From: Candidatus Bathyarchaeota archaeon
GTDB lineage: Archaea; Thermoproteota; Bathyarchaeia; Bathyarchaeales; Bathycorpusculaceae
DNA: 64,000 nt
NCBI GenBank assembly: GCA_963775465.1
Contig: CAVZIW010000012.1
Coordinates: 86,568 to 150,567 of the forward strand
Direction of reading: 5' to 3'
In this document: positions 32,015 through 42,722 of the stretch, in pieces
Numbering within the stretch: the stretch's first letter is position 1
Layout: every line of letters begins with the position of its first letter
Position numbers and translations under genes: made by a program
Notes under the pieces: generated by a model
The model's database searches: none
Told to the model about the DNA's origin: nothing
What the model saw: only the letters and a program-made list of their open reading frames with translations

Positions 32015-32350
32015 TAAGCTTCCGAGATCCTCTTTGCGACGATGAAGCCATTTGACCTCGACAACACGCTAGTTGACTCCATTCGTGTAAAGGAGAAATC
32101 TTGTCATAAAATAGTGATTATTCTTGTTTTTTCCACTTTTTGAATACTTTTGAAAGATTAAATACATAAGACAATCTTTGCGCATCCGTTTTTCCAAAAA
32201 GACGCTCAAATCAACTCGGTGAGAAAAGAAGTTATGAAGACAAGCTCATACTCAAGAGCGTGATCATTTTCTCCTCTACCCAGAATCAGCTGCTTTAGCC
32301 CATTGGCCTTAATCGCTTCTACTAATTACACCATTTTTTTGCTAATTCAG

Positions 32351-32617
32351 CTATCGGGTTGCCCGATATCTTTTTCTTGAATTTGAAGCCGTGCGTGGGC
32401 TATAAAACATTCTTGTATCGATTGAATCCCTGTTGCCGTAACCTTTGTTATTGAACGCTCGGTTTTCAAGTCCACACACGCAACAAAAGAATCCGCCTTG
32501 TGCACCCTTAAGTATTGGACCGCCACATCGAGAACATTTATTGGCATTAGTGCGACTCGACATTAAACTCCTGATCCAATATTTGGGAAGATGTATATAA
32601 TTTTTAGCACAACCCAA
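32351..32617 (-). CDS. small Zn-ribbon protein
   Basis: CSRCGG...CCVCG; true start probably the internal Met (MSSRT). Confidence 0.45.
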   Translation of the reverse strand: MGCAKNYIHLPKYWIRSLMSSRTNANKCSRCGGPILKGAQGGFFCCVCGLENRAFNNKGYGNRDSIDTRMFYSPRTASNSRKRYRATR

Positions 32618-32721
32618 AATTTCGCTCTAATTACTAATAAGGGTATTTCCCTTTATTGTCAAAAAATAGGTCTTCATGATCCGCCCTCTTTATCTATTGA
32701 CAATTTTTCTCTATCCCACAC

Positions 32722-33192
32722 TTATCGGTTGGGAACCCACCGCCTCTTAGGATCGGAACCTTGTAGTTTTTCAGCTTGATAGCCACATGCATAGCATTTT
32801 CCGTCATGCACCGAAATTACATCACCACAGCTTGGGCACCGATACTTTTCAGACTGCCACTTAAGAAACTCATCCATGCCCTTTTCTTGGATCATTTTTT
32901 GGTTTTCAACCATGCTCATCCCGTAACGTGCGCTGTAAAGCTCGTCTATTTTGGCTATATTCTTGCAGGGCATGTCTGCGCATTCATAGCAGAAACGAAG
33001 TTGCTTTTTTCTTAGTTTATCGCAGTCTCTTTTAACGAATGCACAGTTTTTGTTACGAACTAAGCAACCTGAGCAATGCGATACTTTGCCTTTCTCATAA
33101 GGGACTCCCCGCGAATACGCAAGATATGCTTTGCAGATTCCACAGTTCATTCCACATGGCGCAATAAGGTCAACAGTAAATTCATCAACCAT
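32722..33192 (-). CDS. DUF3795-like Cys-rich protein
   Basis: IAPCGMNCGIC, CSGC, FCYECADMPC, CPSCG...CYACG. Confidence 0.8.
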   Translation of the reverse strand: MVDEFTVDLIAPCGMNCGICKAYLAYSRGVPYEKGKVSHCSGCLVRNKNCAFVKRDCDKLRKKQLRFCYECADMPCKNIAKIDELYSARYGMSMVENQKMIQEKGMDEFLKWQSEKYRCPSCGDVISVHDGKCYACGYQAEKLQGSDPKRRWVPNR

Positions 33193-33412
33193 ACTTTCTT
33201 TTATGACCAGAGAAAACTAATTAGCCTTACTCACCAAAGAGGATACATCAGAAGAGGCTGCCGGGATATGTTATCATTTTAAAATAACGTAAATGAGTAC
33301 AACAGCTCTTTCCCTAAACAGCTCCAGCATCCTGTTTGAACACTTTGTTGTATTCCATGATTCTCTATATCCCAAACTTTACAGCTATTTTTTCTTCCAG
33401 TTTCAACTTCTC

Positions 33413-33769
33413 TCAATTAGCTTCATCGAGGTTTGTCTTTACAAGTACTTCCATTTTTGTTCGGTTGCCACATTTAGGGCATTTCAGGTAGGCCCAACCT
33501 TCACCGTTTTTGGTCACTCCATGTGGACTAAAGAGATCAGTGAGGAATGATATTTCAAATTCATTGCCGCAAATTGGGCAATGGTATGCAGTGGTTCTTT
33601 TATGCCATAAAACAAGTGCGAATAATCCGCCTACCACTATTGCAATCCAAAGATACCAGTAAGTGATTAGCAAGATAAAGGCGGTAACTGAAATGACCGC
33701 AACGTAGATCCCTATGACTATCAATGATGTTGTCCAGTCACTTCTTTTAGGCTTACGATGACTAATCAT
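33413..33769 (-). CDS. membrane-anchored Zn-ribbon protein
   Basis: Two TM helices then YHCPICG...YLKCPKCG. Confidence 0.75.
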   Translation of the reverse strand: MISHRKPKRSDWTTSLIVIGIYVAVISVTAFILLITYWYLWIAIVVGGLFALVLWHKRTTAYHCPICGNEFEISFLTDLFSPHGVTKNGEGWAYLKCPKCGNRTKMEVLVKTNLDEAN

Positions 33770-33776
33770 CCAACTT

Positions 33777-34279
33777 CTACCTATCTAATTGGTTTTGAAT
33801 TACTTGACATATTCGGTCTGGATTGTGAGAGGAGAAAACAAACACTTTCCCAGTTTTAGGCGCAACCTCAACAGCAGCTCCAAAAGATGTCGTGTACGCT
33901 ATTGAGCCATCGGATCCGTATCGAATGCCTATCCCAAAATATCGTCCCAAGTTAGCTTTGGTTCTTCGGCAATAAGTAAGCTCATCTAACTGGAAGGATT
34001 TCCTGTTGAAGACGCCATAAACAACTGTGAGGCGTTTGCCCTTATTTGGATTCGTAGACCGCGATAATTCCAAATCAAAAAACCTATGAAGGCTAAAACG
34101 CCCCAGCTGATCGCAATCGGAACAACGCTGTCAGCCGATAACCCGGAAAAGAACAAAATCGTAAAAGTTATAAAAATTTCTAATAAAATGAACATTGCCA
34201 CTAAGCCCTTAACGAGCTTCCCCATCGGCACCCACTCAATGTAATCGACATCTTGCATGCCCAAAAAATAGGCAATCAA
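33777..34279 (-). CDS. 2-TM protein with PH-like domain (frameshift near 34045)
   Basis: ORFs 33986-34279 and 33777-34073 join: NYRGLRI...LTVVYG...YFGIGIRY...FSSHNPD. Confidence 0.6.
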
Positions 34280-34476
34280 TCATTTATTTTTCTTTATGAC
34301 ACATGCAATTTGAGACATAAAAGCGCCGATAACGTCGTTGAAGTTTGAGTTTGCCTGCCTTATCCATCAGTATTAAGATAGAGATTATTTTTCACTTTCA
34401 CAAAGCCCTCTGCTGTTGAGGGAGGTAGTTTTTCCCTGTGCTTTTTATTTTGTTTTAGTGATAAGCATTAGCCCAC

Positions 34477-34710
34477 GTGATTGTCATGAAAAAGAAAACT
34501 CAAATATTAGCAACCGAAAACGATCTTTTGTTGGATTTGACTTTTCATAGTGTTCCAGCTTCGCTGCTCTCTGAGTTTGCGGAAAAAATCGTGAAACCCT
34601 ACTATGGCGGCAACCTAAACGCAGCCATCCAAGATCTACTGCATAAATCCCTCGCGGAACACGATTTCGTTCAGTCTCACATCACTCACATCAAAAGCTG
34701 CGAGGCTTAA
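34477..34710 (+). CDS. conserved hypothetical protein (RHH-like)
   Basis: VPASLLSEFAEKIVKPYYGGNLNAAIQDL; co-oriented with the next gene. Confidence 0.6.
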   Translation: MIVMKKKTQILATENDLLLDLTFHSVPASLLSEFAEKIVKPYYGGNLNAAIQDLLHKSLAEHDFVQSHITHIKSCEA

Positions 34711-34713
34711 CAT

Positions 34714-34995
34714 ATGGGCAAAACTGTTGAGTCCTACAGAATGGCTCTGGAAGGAGAAATCAGCAGATGGAGTGGCTTTGTTAGAGCTCTACGCAAAGAT
34801 GACTGTGAAGCCTTCGAGCAGATGATGGATATGTGCCGGGGCTACGCTTCAGCCGGGAGCAATGCGACAAACCCGATACTTTTTGAACCCTTCGTTATGA
34901 GCATTTTGCTGGCGCAGCAGAAGAAGATAATGTCGCTTGAAAAGAAACTGAACACAAACCAACAAGCAGTTACTATGCTTAACCAAAAAAACTAA
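34714..34995 (+). CDS. small archaeal protein resembling the PolB2-associated (arCOG07300-like) family
   Basis: MGKTVESYRMALEGEISRW..F.RALR. Confidence 0.55.
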   Translation: MGKTVESYRMALEGEISRWSGFVRALRKDDCEAFEQMMDMCRGYASAGSNATNPILFEPFVMSILLAQQKKIMSLEKKLNTNQQAVTMLNQKN

Positions 34996-35207
34996 CTTTG
35001 AAGTGCAATAAAATATGAGGTATTATCGAGGTAGGGGTGCTTCCTGACTTTAGATAGTTTTGATTATAAGATACAAGCACTATACTTTTTTAATGGGTTT
35101 TTAGATTGATTTTTTATGGGACTAGGCGCAATACTTGTTGATGAAGGCATTCTGTTTTTTGCTTTGATTTTAGGTTTTGAAAGAAAATTTAAGGGAACGT
35201 TTTAAGG

Positions 35208-37766
35208 ATGACAATTAATAAAAAGGAAGCTCCAACAAATTTAAACCCTGGCATAGAAAACGCTCATTCATTAACCGCTGATGAAACGGTTAAAACTTTA
35301 GTCACATCACTTGAAGGTTTGACAAAAACAGAAGCTGACAACCGGATCAAAATATATGGTAGAAATATCTTAGAGGAAGAAGAAACAAGCAAATTAAAGA
35401 TTCTTTTTAGGCAATTCAAGAACGTTTTGGTCTACGTACTTTTTGCAGCTTCCCTCTTAACTCTTATAATGGGCGAATGGACGGACTTTATAGTAATCGT
35501 CTTCATCATTATGGTTAACAGTCTTATAGGTTTCTGGCAGGAGCTAAAAGCTGAAACCACGTTAAATGCTTTAAAGAAACTCACAGAGAGCAAAGTTAAG
35601 GTCATAAGAGAAGGTCAAAGCCTCATTATTCCCTCATCTGAACTTGTACCTGGTGACTATGTAGCTGTTTCTGAGGGTGACTTAATAACAGCTGATATGA
35701 GATTATCTGATAGTACGGGCCTTACCGTTGATGAATCAACACTGACTGGAGAGTCACTTCCAGTCTTAAAGGATCATTCTATCATACTTCCACCAAGCAC
35801 GCTTCCATATGAGCTAAAGAACCTGCTTCTTACTGGTACAGCAATCGTCAGAGGTTCAGGAAAAGGATTTGTAACCAAAACTGGTGTTAACACATATTTT
35901 GCTTCAATTGCTGAAAAAGCCAAAGGTTCTTCTCCAATCAGCCCCTTGGCAAAGGCAATCAAGTACTTCGCCAGACGCTATGTTATACTTTTATTGTCAT
36001 TGTTGTCGATTGTGGGGATAATCGGGTTCTTACAAGGCAGAGAACTATCAAACATAGCATACACCTTAGTTGCCCAACTCGTTTCATCCGTTCCCGAAGG
36101 CTTACCACTAGTTGTAACGGTTGTTGTTACAGTCGGGGCTCTTGCTTTGAGTAAAAAGAAAACTCTGACTAGGGATTTACCATCAGTTGAAACATTAGGC
36201 AGTGCAACTGTAATAGCGTCCGATAAAACAGGCACTATTACTGAAGGAAAACTAGCCGTCAAAGAAGTCCACGCGTTAAATTTAGAGAATCTTAAGGTGG
36301 GGGTTGCTCTCTGTAATGACGCTCATGATTACAAGGGAGACCCCATAGACGTAGCATGCGCCAAATGGGTTGAGAACTTTAAAGAAATTAGAACCAAATA
36401 CAAACCAATATGGACTTATCCATTTGACACAAAGCTAAGGCTGATGGCCACAATAAACGATGTTGATGGGGCGCAAAAACTCTTTGTAAAAGGAGCTTAC
36501 GAAGAACTCAAAAAAATGGCCATAAACTCAGATAAATTCAAAGAACTTGAGAAAGCGCTTACCAATATGGCTGAAAATGGCTTGAGAGTTATTGCAGTCG
36601 GCGTCGGAGAAGGATCCAGTAAATCTCCACTCTCTTGGAAGCTTGAGATAGTGGGCATTATTGGATTTTTGGATCCTCCTAAAGAAGAAGTAAAGGCATC
36701 AATATCAATTGCAAAGAAAGCTGGAATAAAAGTCATCATGATTACAGGTGACGATCCATTAACAGCTAAGGCAGTTGCAGAAGAAGTGGGCATTTGGGAA
36801 GAAGGCAATCAACTGCTAACTGGAAAGCAAATCGAACAAATAGATGACAAGGAACTCTTTGACAAGCTCAAGAAAACAACTGTTTTAGCTAGAATCTTGC
36901 CCGAGCACAAACACAGGATAGTAAAAGTTCTCCAAGAGAACGGAGAAATAGTGGCTGTAACTGGGGACGGAGTAAATGATGTTCCTGCCCTCAAGATCGC
37001 AGACTTAGGAATTGCAATGGGATCTGGAACAGAAGCAGCCAAAGGCGTTTCAAAGATGGTTATTCTGGACAGCAACTTGAAAGTCATAGTAGAAGCAATA
37101 AAGATGGGCCGAGTAATAGCCGATAATATTCGAAAAGTAATATACTATCTACTATCAACCGCTATTCAAGAACTTCTGCTTGTATCATTTGCTATAATTG
37201 CTTTTTTACCTTTGCCACTGTTTCCTATTCAGATACTTTGGATAAATATAGTAACTGACGGTGTTCAAGACAAAACATTCCCCTTCACTAAAGAAGAAGG
37301 TAATGTTATGAATAGGCCCCCGAAAAAATCGGAAAAACACTTTTTTGACCGATCTCAAATACTCAGAGTTGTTACATTCGGCCTCGCAGTGGGACTTGTT
37401 TGTCTCTTCCTTTTCATACACCTGATGGGAAAGTATTCATATGAAATCGCTGTTTCAGTGACATTCACCTCAGTTGTGTTTGCTCAGTGGACAAATGGCA
37501 TACACGCTCAAAAAGAGAAGCAACCTTTCTTCAAGGATATCAAACAGAGCTTAACCATAAACCCATACATCTTCATAGGAGTAGGGATCGGTGTTGTTCT
37601 TCAGTTGTCAGTGATATACCTAATGCCGGGCTTGTTTGACGTTGTTCCGCTTACGCTAGAACATTGGATTTACGTTCTATTTGTAGCTCTATTCGCATTT
37701 GCCATAGTTGAAGCTAGAAAGTGGGTCGAGTTTCTTATTGAAAAATACCGAATGAAACAAAATTGA
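35208..37766 (+). CDS. P-type cation-transporting ATPase (type IIA-like)
   Basis: TGES, PEGL, DKTGT, KGA, DPP, TGD, GDGVND, QILWINIVTD. Confidence 0.95.
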   Translation: MTINKKEAPTNLNPGIENAHSLTADETVKTLVTSLEGLTKTEADNRIKIYGRNILEEEETSKLKILFRQFKNVLVYVLFAASLLTLIMGEWTDFIVIVFIIMVNSLIGFWQELKAETTLNALKKLTESKVKVIREGQSLIIPSSELVPGDYVAVSEGDLITADMRLSDSTGLTVDESTLTGESLPVLKDHSIILPPSTLPYELKNLLLTGTAIVRGSGKGFVTKTGVNTYFASIAEKAKGSSPISPLAKAIKYFARRYVILLLSLLSIVGIIGFLQGRELSNIAYTLVAQLVSSVPEGLPLVVTVVVTVGALALSKKKTLTRDLPSVETLGSATVIASDKTGTITEGKLAVKEVHALNLENLKVGVALCNDAHDYKGDPIDVACAKWVENFKEIRTKYKPIWTYPFDTKLRLMATINDVDGAQKLFVKGAYEELKKMAINSDKFKELEKALTNMAENGLRVIAVGVGEGSSKSPLSWKLEIVGIIGFLDPPKEEVKASISIAKKAGIKVIMITGDDPLTAKAVAEEVGIWEEGNQLLTGKQIEQIDDKELFDKLKKTTVLARILPEHKHRIVKVLQENGEIVAVTGDGVNDVPALKIADLGIAMGSGTEAAKGVSKMVILDSNLKVIVEAIKMGRVIADNIRKVIYYLLSTAIQELLLVSFAIIAFLPLPLFPIQILWINIVTDGVQDKTFPFTKEEGNVMNRPPKKSEKHFFDRSQILRVVTFGLAVGLVCLFLFIHLMGKYSYEIAVSVTFTSVVFAQWTNGIHAQKEKQPFFKDIKQSLTINPYIFIGVGIGVVLQLSVIYLMPGLFDVVPLTLEHWIYVLFVALFAFAIVEARKWVEFLIEKYRMKQN

Positions 37767-38084
37767 AAACGCGTATGAATGTTACCCAAAATGATTATGA
37801 GCGCCCGCGCTGGAGAGTGGATCAAAGATAACAAACAGAGTAATTACAGATCTATCTATTGTTTTTAAAATTTGGCTAGGTTGATCGCTATCCAAGAAAC
37901 TTTGGGATTAATACACAGGGTAGGAGCGTTTTTCAATTCCTCACTGCTGACATTTCCAAGAAAAAGCTTTGATGAACTACTCTTACCTGTGCACCCCAGA
38001 ACAATCAAATTAAAATGCTTATCATAGGCAGTTTAAATATCTCCTGCACCGCATCTCCATCAACCAATAAAGGTTCTTGAGTAC

Positions 38085-38300
38085 TCACTTGTTTTTCTGT
38101 AATTCGCATTTTACTTCATAATTAACTATAACTAAACCAATCACTGTTGTCACCATTCCAATTCCAAGAAGTAGCCACAAATTGGAATTACCAAGATATT
38201 CGTCTAGCAATAGCCAGGTGCTTCTAAAAACAAGTACCGATGCAAAAAGAAGTACAAACTCACCAACTATCAGAGTCACTAATTTCATATCCATCACCAT
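38085..38300 (-). CDS. small 2-TM protein
   Basis: ASVLVFRSTWLLLD with hydrophobic helices. Confidence 0.6.
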   Translation of the reverse strand: MVMDMKLVTLIVGEFVLLFASVLVFRSTWLLLDEYLGNSNLWLLLGIGMVTTVIGLVIVNYEVKCELQKNK

Positions 38301-38371
38301 AAAAAAATGATATTGTGGATATATATTTTTTAAAGAGTGAAATTAGATCAAAACAAAGTTAAGCTCATATA

Positions 38372-38452
38372 GATCACTTACAGGCTATTGGTTCTCAATG
38401 ATACGAGACCCAATTTATAGTTATAAGCTTTCAAATTTTGGAACAAGCCAGC
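38372..38452 (-). mobile_element. IS left-end remnant, copy 2
   Basis: TTGGTTCTCAATGATACGAGACCCAATTTATAGTTATAAGCTTTCAAATTTTGGAACAAGCCAGC resembles 17850-17914. Confidence 0.5.
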
Positions 38453-38497
38453 ACGGCAAATACGACAAAGGGTTTGAGGCCAAAACAACTTTGAAAC

Positions 38498-38800
38498 CTA
38501 AATCGTTACGCTTGACTTTACCAACGCCTCGAGTTTAGGGTTGCTAACGCTCGTGTAAATGATTTTTCTATTATCGAAAGCGATTTTTCCAGAAGCCTCC
38601 AAGTAGTTTAGTATGCGTTTGAAGGTTTGGTACTGCATTTTTCTGGGCAAACTATTCCAGAGCTCAGTTCGAGTTGGATATTCATCACCATGGGAGATTG
38701 CTTTTTCAACCATCAAGATTGCACCAAGTTTTGGTCCATGAAGAACCTCAGTTCTCACAGTCACGAGAAATTCCCTTCTGGCTTGCGATCTTAGAGTCAC
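38498..38800 (-). CDS. small winged-helix protein
   Basis: PTRTELWNSLPRKMQYQTFKRILNYLEASGKI. Confidence 0.7.
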   Translation of the reverse strand: MTLRSQARREFLVTVRTEVLHGPKLGAILMVEKAISHGDEYPTRTELWNSLPRKMQYQTFKRILNYLEASGKIAFDNRKIIYTSVSNPKLEALVKSSVTI

Positions 38801-38978
38801 TTGCTCAAAATATCATACAAACTTACAAAATAATATATGCTATTAGGAAGCAAAGCAACTGCGACAAAAGATCTTAAACATTCAGCGATTCTTTAGGTCA
38901 TTATAGCATATACGTTTACAAATGAGAGGGCCAAAAATCAGCCCGGCAAGAAAAGAAATTATGAAGACAAACTCAAAA

Positions 38979-39956
38979 TTAGTATTTCCGCTTAAGATAA
39001 GCAACCAAACCCAAAGTGACTATTAGAAATGACACGGCAATCGGGAGCAGGATTATAGTTGGCGGAAACTCTGGAATCGTAGGTGTTGGGTTCTGGATAG
39101 AGGATGGCACTGTCGTCGAGAAAGTGCTTGGAGTTGGTGTTGGAGTAAACATTGACTGAACGTTTGAACTGACATAAAGTGTATGCAAGACATCTGCAAC
39201 TTCATTTACAGCGAGGTTAAGGGATTGTCCAGCTCTAACCCAATAAGCAGAATTAGGATTAGAAGTATCATAATTATTATCCATCCAAAAGCAAGTGTAG
39301 ATTCCACCGTCATCAAAGGTCGTGTCATAAGCAAGGTTTTTCGCCGCATCATAAGCAGAAACTGTCGACAATAATCCATCAAATTGCAAGTAGGAATTGT
39401 AGGTATCAGAATAAGCATTTGTTCGGGTCCCAACATAGCTTTCATAATTTGAATGGTTGTTGCCTGTTTCCGCACCCCAATCAGTACTTGCACCCATTAC
39501 ATGAGCAAAAACAGCCATGTCTGCGATATAATGGCTCATTATTCCCGCATTAATTGCAGCGCCTGAAAAATTTCCAACGTTTAGGCGACTCAAGGCATTT
39601 TGGTATTCCTCCGCGGCTCTGACGGCAGCGGCATCATCTTGAAGAACGCCAGTGGACCTAAAGTAAATGTGGTGTTTTGTTGTATCACCTATATGACCTG
39701 GAATTGAAGCATTATTGTTATCTGGAAGCTCTGTTCCATAAAGGTACTTTGCCAAATTGTCGACTAAATACTGCTTTTCGGTTGCAGGCAACCAATCCAA
39801 AGCATGCTGAGCTATCCAATCATGCGTTGAATAAACAGGGTGCGCGGGGTCATTCGAGTAGCCACCATTACTCCAAGCATCCGCCGCCTCAAAGCAAGAA
39901 GTAACCATGCTGGTGATTGCGAAGAGGACAAATAGAAATAGAAGGAATTTTTTCAT
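38979..39956 (-). CDS. secreted zinc-dependent phospholipase C / S1-P1 fold protein with PEF-type C-terminal anchor
   Basis: Signal peptide, mature N-terminal Trp (AWSNGG), THDWIA, HYIAD, HSNYE, T/P linker, IPEFP-TM-KRKY. Confidence 0.8.
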   Translation of the reverse strand: MKKFLLFLFVLFAITSMVTSCFEAADAWSNGGYSNDPAHPVYSTHDWIAQHALDWLPATEKQYLVDNLAKYLYGTELPDNNNASIPGHIGDTTKHHIYFRSTGVLQDDAAAVRAAEEYQNALSRLNVGNFSGAAINAGIMSHYIADMAVFAHVMGASTDWGAETGNNHSNYESYVGTRTNAYSDTYNSYLQFDGLLSTVSAYDAAKNLAYDTTFDDGGIYTCFWMDNNYDTSNPNSAYWVRAGQSLNLAVNEVADVLHTLYVSSNVQSMFTPTPTPSTFSTTVPSSIQNPTPTIPEFPPTIILLPIAVSFLIVTLGLVAYLKRKY

Positions 39957-40421
39957 ACTCGAATTTTCTCATTCAGGTAAATGCATATTTGTGATATTTG
40001 ATTTTTTCCATAACTGAATCTTGATAAGAAAAAACAGCCTAAAACTGATTGTAAATTAATAACTCCTTATCGTTAGAGCGTGCGCGAAAACCTTTCTTTC
40101 TAAGACTGCCAATGCTGTAAATTAAAAAACAAAAATGAAACACTCAAAGGAGATCCTTTGTGGAAATAGAAACCAGATGAACAGGTCCTTTGCTTTGATG
40201 GACTAACAGCACATTTGCTCATATACCGCGAGCAGACAAATATTCACAACTTGATGATATGTAAACAGGTGATTCGAATGGAGCTAATGGATAGAATAAC
40301 GATTAACACCTTCTGAAGACCCCATAACACGATAGGCATACAAACTTTTAAAGTACAAACAAGTCTCCAACTACTTTTTGATGCTTCATGGAGCCTTCTT
40401 GAAATCAGACCCGTCGCCAAG

Positions 40422-40485
40422 CCAATCGTAAATCAGTCCACAACGCCATCCATCAACCGCTAAAGAAATTATAGCATCTACTTTT
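40422..40485 (+). repeat. PLD gene 3' tail, copy 2
   Basis: CCAATCGTAAATCAGTCCACAACGCCATCCATCAACCGCTAAAGAA...CTACTTTT. Confidence 0.75.
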
Positions 40486-41084
40486 GTGAGGGTTCGAGGT
40501 CCTCCTGGCGCTATTTTGTTGAGTACTGAATCACCCGAAGATTTCAAGCTTCGACTAACCTTTCTAACAGAAAAACTGAAAAAAACCAACCGAGCTCTAA
40601 AAAAACCATGAAACGTCCTTTGACCGCTTTTAGTTGTATCGACACACTCACAAAATAATTTTAATAGAAATCACCATATTTTCTTGATGAACCATGTGTA
40701 ATCTTCCAAAAATCCAAACCCGGCACCCAAAAAAAAACCAACAAAAATCCAACGTTTCCTGGCACGCCTGCATATAGTCCTTCCACGAAGTAGCGACACA
40801 GAGAAAGCCAATTCAATATTTTATTTAATATGTTTTTGTTTTCGTAGCATTAGTTCAGACCAATAAGCTCTTCTTTTCTCATGAATATAAAAAAAGAAAG
40901 ATAGCTACTTAGAAACATGCGAGAGACGATATCACTTCACCTAAGAGTAACCTGCCCAAGGTTTTTCCATTTGAAATAATTTTAGGTTGCGATGAATTAG
41001 AATTTAGGTTGTTTAGACAATATACTGGTTTTCGATATTCGACCCTTAATCAACTATTCTATTATTTAAAACTTCCAAAATTCG

Positions 41085-42320
41085 TTAGATCGATGTTTCG
41101 TTTGATTCCTTGACGGCTAATAAGAGAATCACGCAGCCTCCGATTGTAGTTACACCAAGTGCAAATCCTACTTGTCCATATACTCCTGACGAGAGGGCAA
41201 GCAAAACGCCGCCAATTAGTGGCGCCAACACTTTTCCAATGTTATTAAAGAAGCTGTTTAATGAGAATACTGTGGCACGGTACTTTGGCAATTGTTGCAA
41301 AACTAGAACTGCAAAAGCTGGGGCTGCCATAGCTGCGAACCAGACGTGCATCATATCAAATGTGAAGGACAGCCAAAAGTTTGGTATGTAGAAGAAGGTT
41401 GCAGTGAATATGGCTGCAAGAAGTGTCGTAATCAGGGCGATGGGTTTTGCTCCAAATCTGGAGATCAGAGGCCCAGTAATTAGGGGTGCTAAGATAAAGA
41501 TGACAAGCGCTACTTCATAGATCGCTATGGTTTGAGCTGTTGTAGCACCGAATGCTGCTCTATAGAAGGCTATAGCAAAGATAGCAACTTCAGTTCCTGC
41601 TATAGTTAACAGATTAGCGATTATGCATGCCGAGGCGGACTTATTTTTAATGAGTTCTTTAAAGCCGCTTATGTATGGGTTAGATTTGTTGAATTGGTTG
41701 TGCTCAATAGGTTGGGATGGAACTAAAAATAAAATTAAGATCAGCCCAAGCAACGCGACGGGCATCATTAAAGTAAGCATCCCCGCACGCCATCCACCCA
41801 TCTCTGTTATAACGCCGACTATCGGGATTAGAATTAGTGTGACGCCGGAGCCGATCGAGAATAAAATACTAATTATTTTTGCCCTCTGTTTTTGTGGCAA
41901 TGCATCGGCAATTAGGCTCATCGATATTATTCCTATCATTACGCTTCCTGCTCCTTCTAAAGCGATGAATATTTGGAGTGCAAGCAAACTTGGTGCCAGA
42001 AAGCTGCCTATGGCCGAGGCGATTATGAAGAGTGTTCCAGTTAAAAGTAGCCGTTTGTGCTTGAACCTGAGCACTAGCACACTAAGCACTATGGCGCTGA
42101 CTACTTCTGCTGCGACGTTGACTGTGTTGAGCTGTGCGACTGTTGCTATAGCTATGGGTGAGGGCGATCCAAAGAATGTTCTGGCAATGTTGGTTGCAAA
42201 AAGCGTTAGTATAGCGTTTGCTAGTCCAGTTGAAAATATTGCTACGGCGAGAGCAGCGATGAATCTTTTCTTGTAGGCTGGTTGATCGTTTGTATCTTTG
42301 TTGGGTTGCTGGGTTGTCAT
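41085..42320 (-). CDS. MFS transporter (paralog of 49733-50893)
   Basis: ~12 TM; RFKHKRLLL.G...GSFLAP. Confidence 0.88.
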   Translation of the reverse strand: MTTQQPNKDTNDQPAYKKRFIAALAVAIFSTGLANAILTLFATNIARTFFGSPSPIAIATVAQLNTVNVAAEVVSAIVLSVLVLRFKHKRLLLTGTLFIIASAIGSFLAPSLLALQIFIALEGAGSVMIGIISMSLIADALPQKQRAKIISILFSIGSGVTLILIPIVGVITEMGGWRAGMLTLMMPVALLGLILILFLVPSQPIEHNQFNKSNPYISGFKELIKNKSASACIIANLLTIAGTEVAIFAIAFYRAAFGATTAQTIAIYEVALVIFILAPLITGPLISRFGAKPIALITTLLAAIFTATFFYIPNFWLSFTFDMMHVWFAAMAAPAFAVLVLQQLPKYRATVFSLNSFFNNIGKVLAPLIGGVLLALSSGVYGQVGFALGVTTIGGCVILLLAVKESNETSI

Positions 42321-42722
42321 CGTCTATCAACTTGATGCTATCTGAAGTGGTGTTGCATTTAAGAATTGTCGTATTCCATAGGGCGGTTGTCAATTCGTAT
42401 TTTTGCGGCTTATTTCTTGTTTGAAATGATTTTTCTGAGTATTCGGGTAAAAGTCACCTAATATTTTTGTTCTTGCGATTCCCACAAACGGCAACAAAGT
42501 TGTTGCGTCAATAGTTACAGTAAGCAAGGTTTCTTCGACTCCTAGAACAATGATGATTACTGACGGGTAATCCTTTAAAACCACAGATTCAACCGCAGTC
42601 TACAACAACATGCTCACAATCGATGGTACAACATTAAACCGTACCCTTCTTTCTTTTTTCTGTAACCTCCTAAGAAAAGTACTGTCTATTCAAGAAAAAA
42701 AATCAATTAACCAAAGACAAAA

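Noticed and set aside
39960-41080. Possible ncRNA or hidden gene in the long gene-free interval
   Set aside because: Only short debris is seen (for example a possible DUF433-like start MELMDRITIN near 40278); no convincing structure or intact ORF
41623-42276. Long antisense ORFs (also 7649-8095, 17386-17931, 48142-48765, 50619-51038)
   Set aside because: Shadow frames opposite well-supported genes, with no motifs of their own
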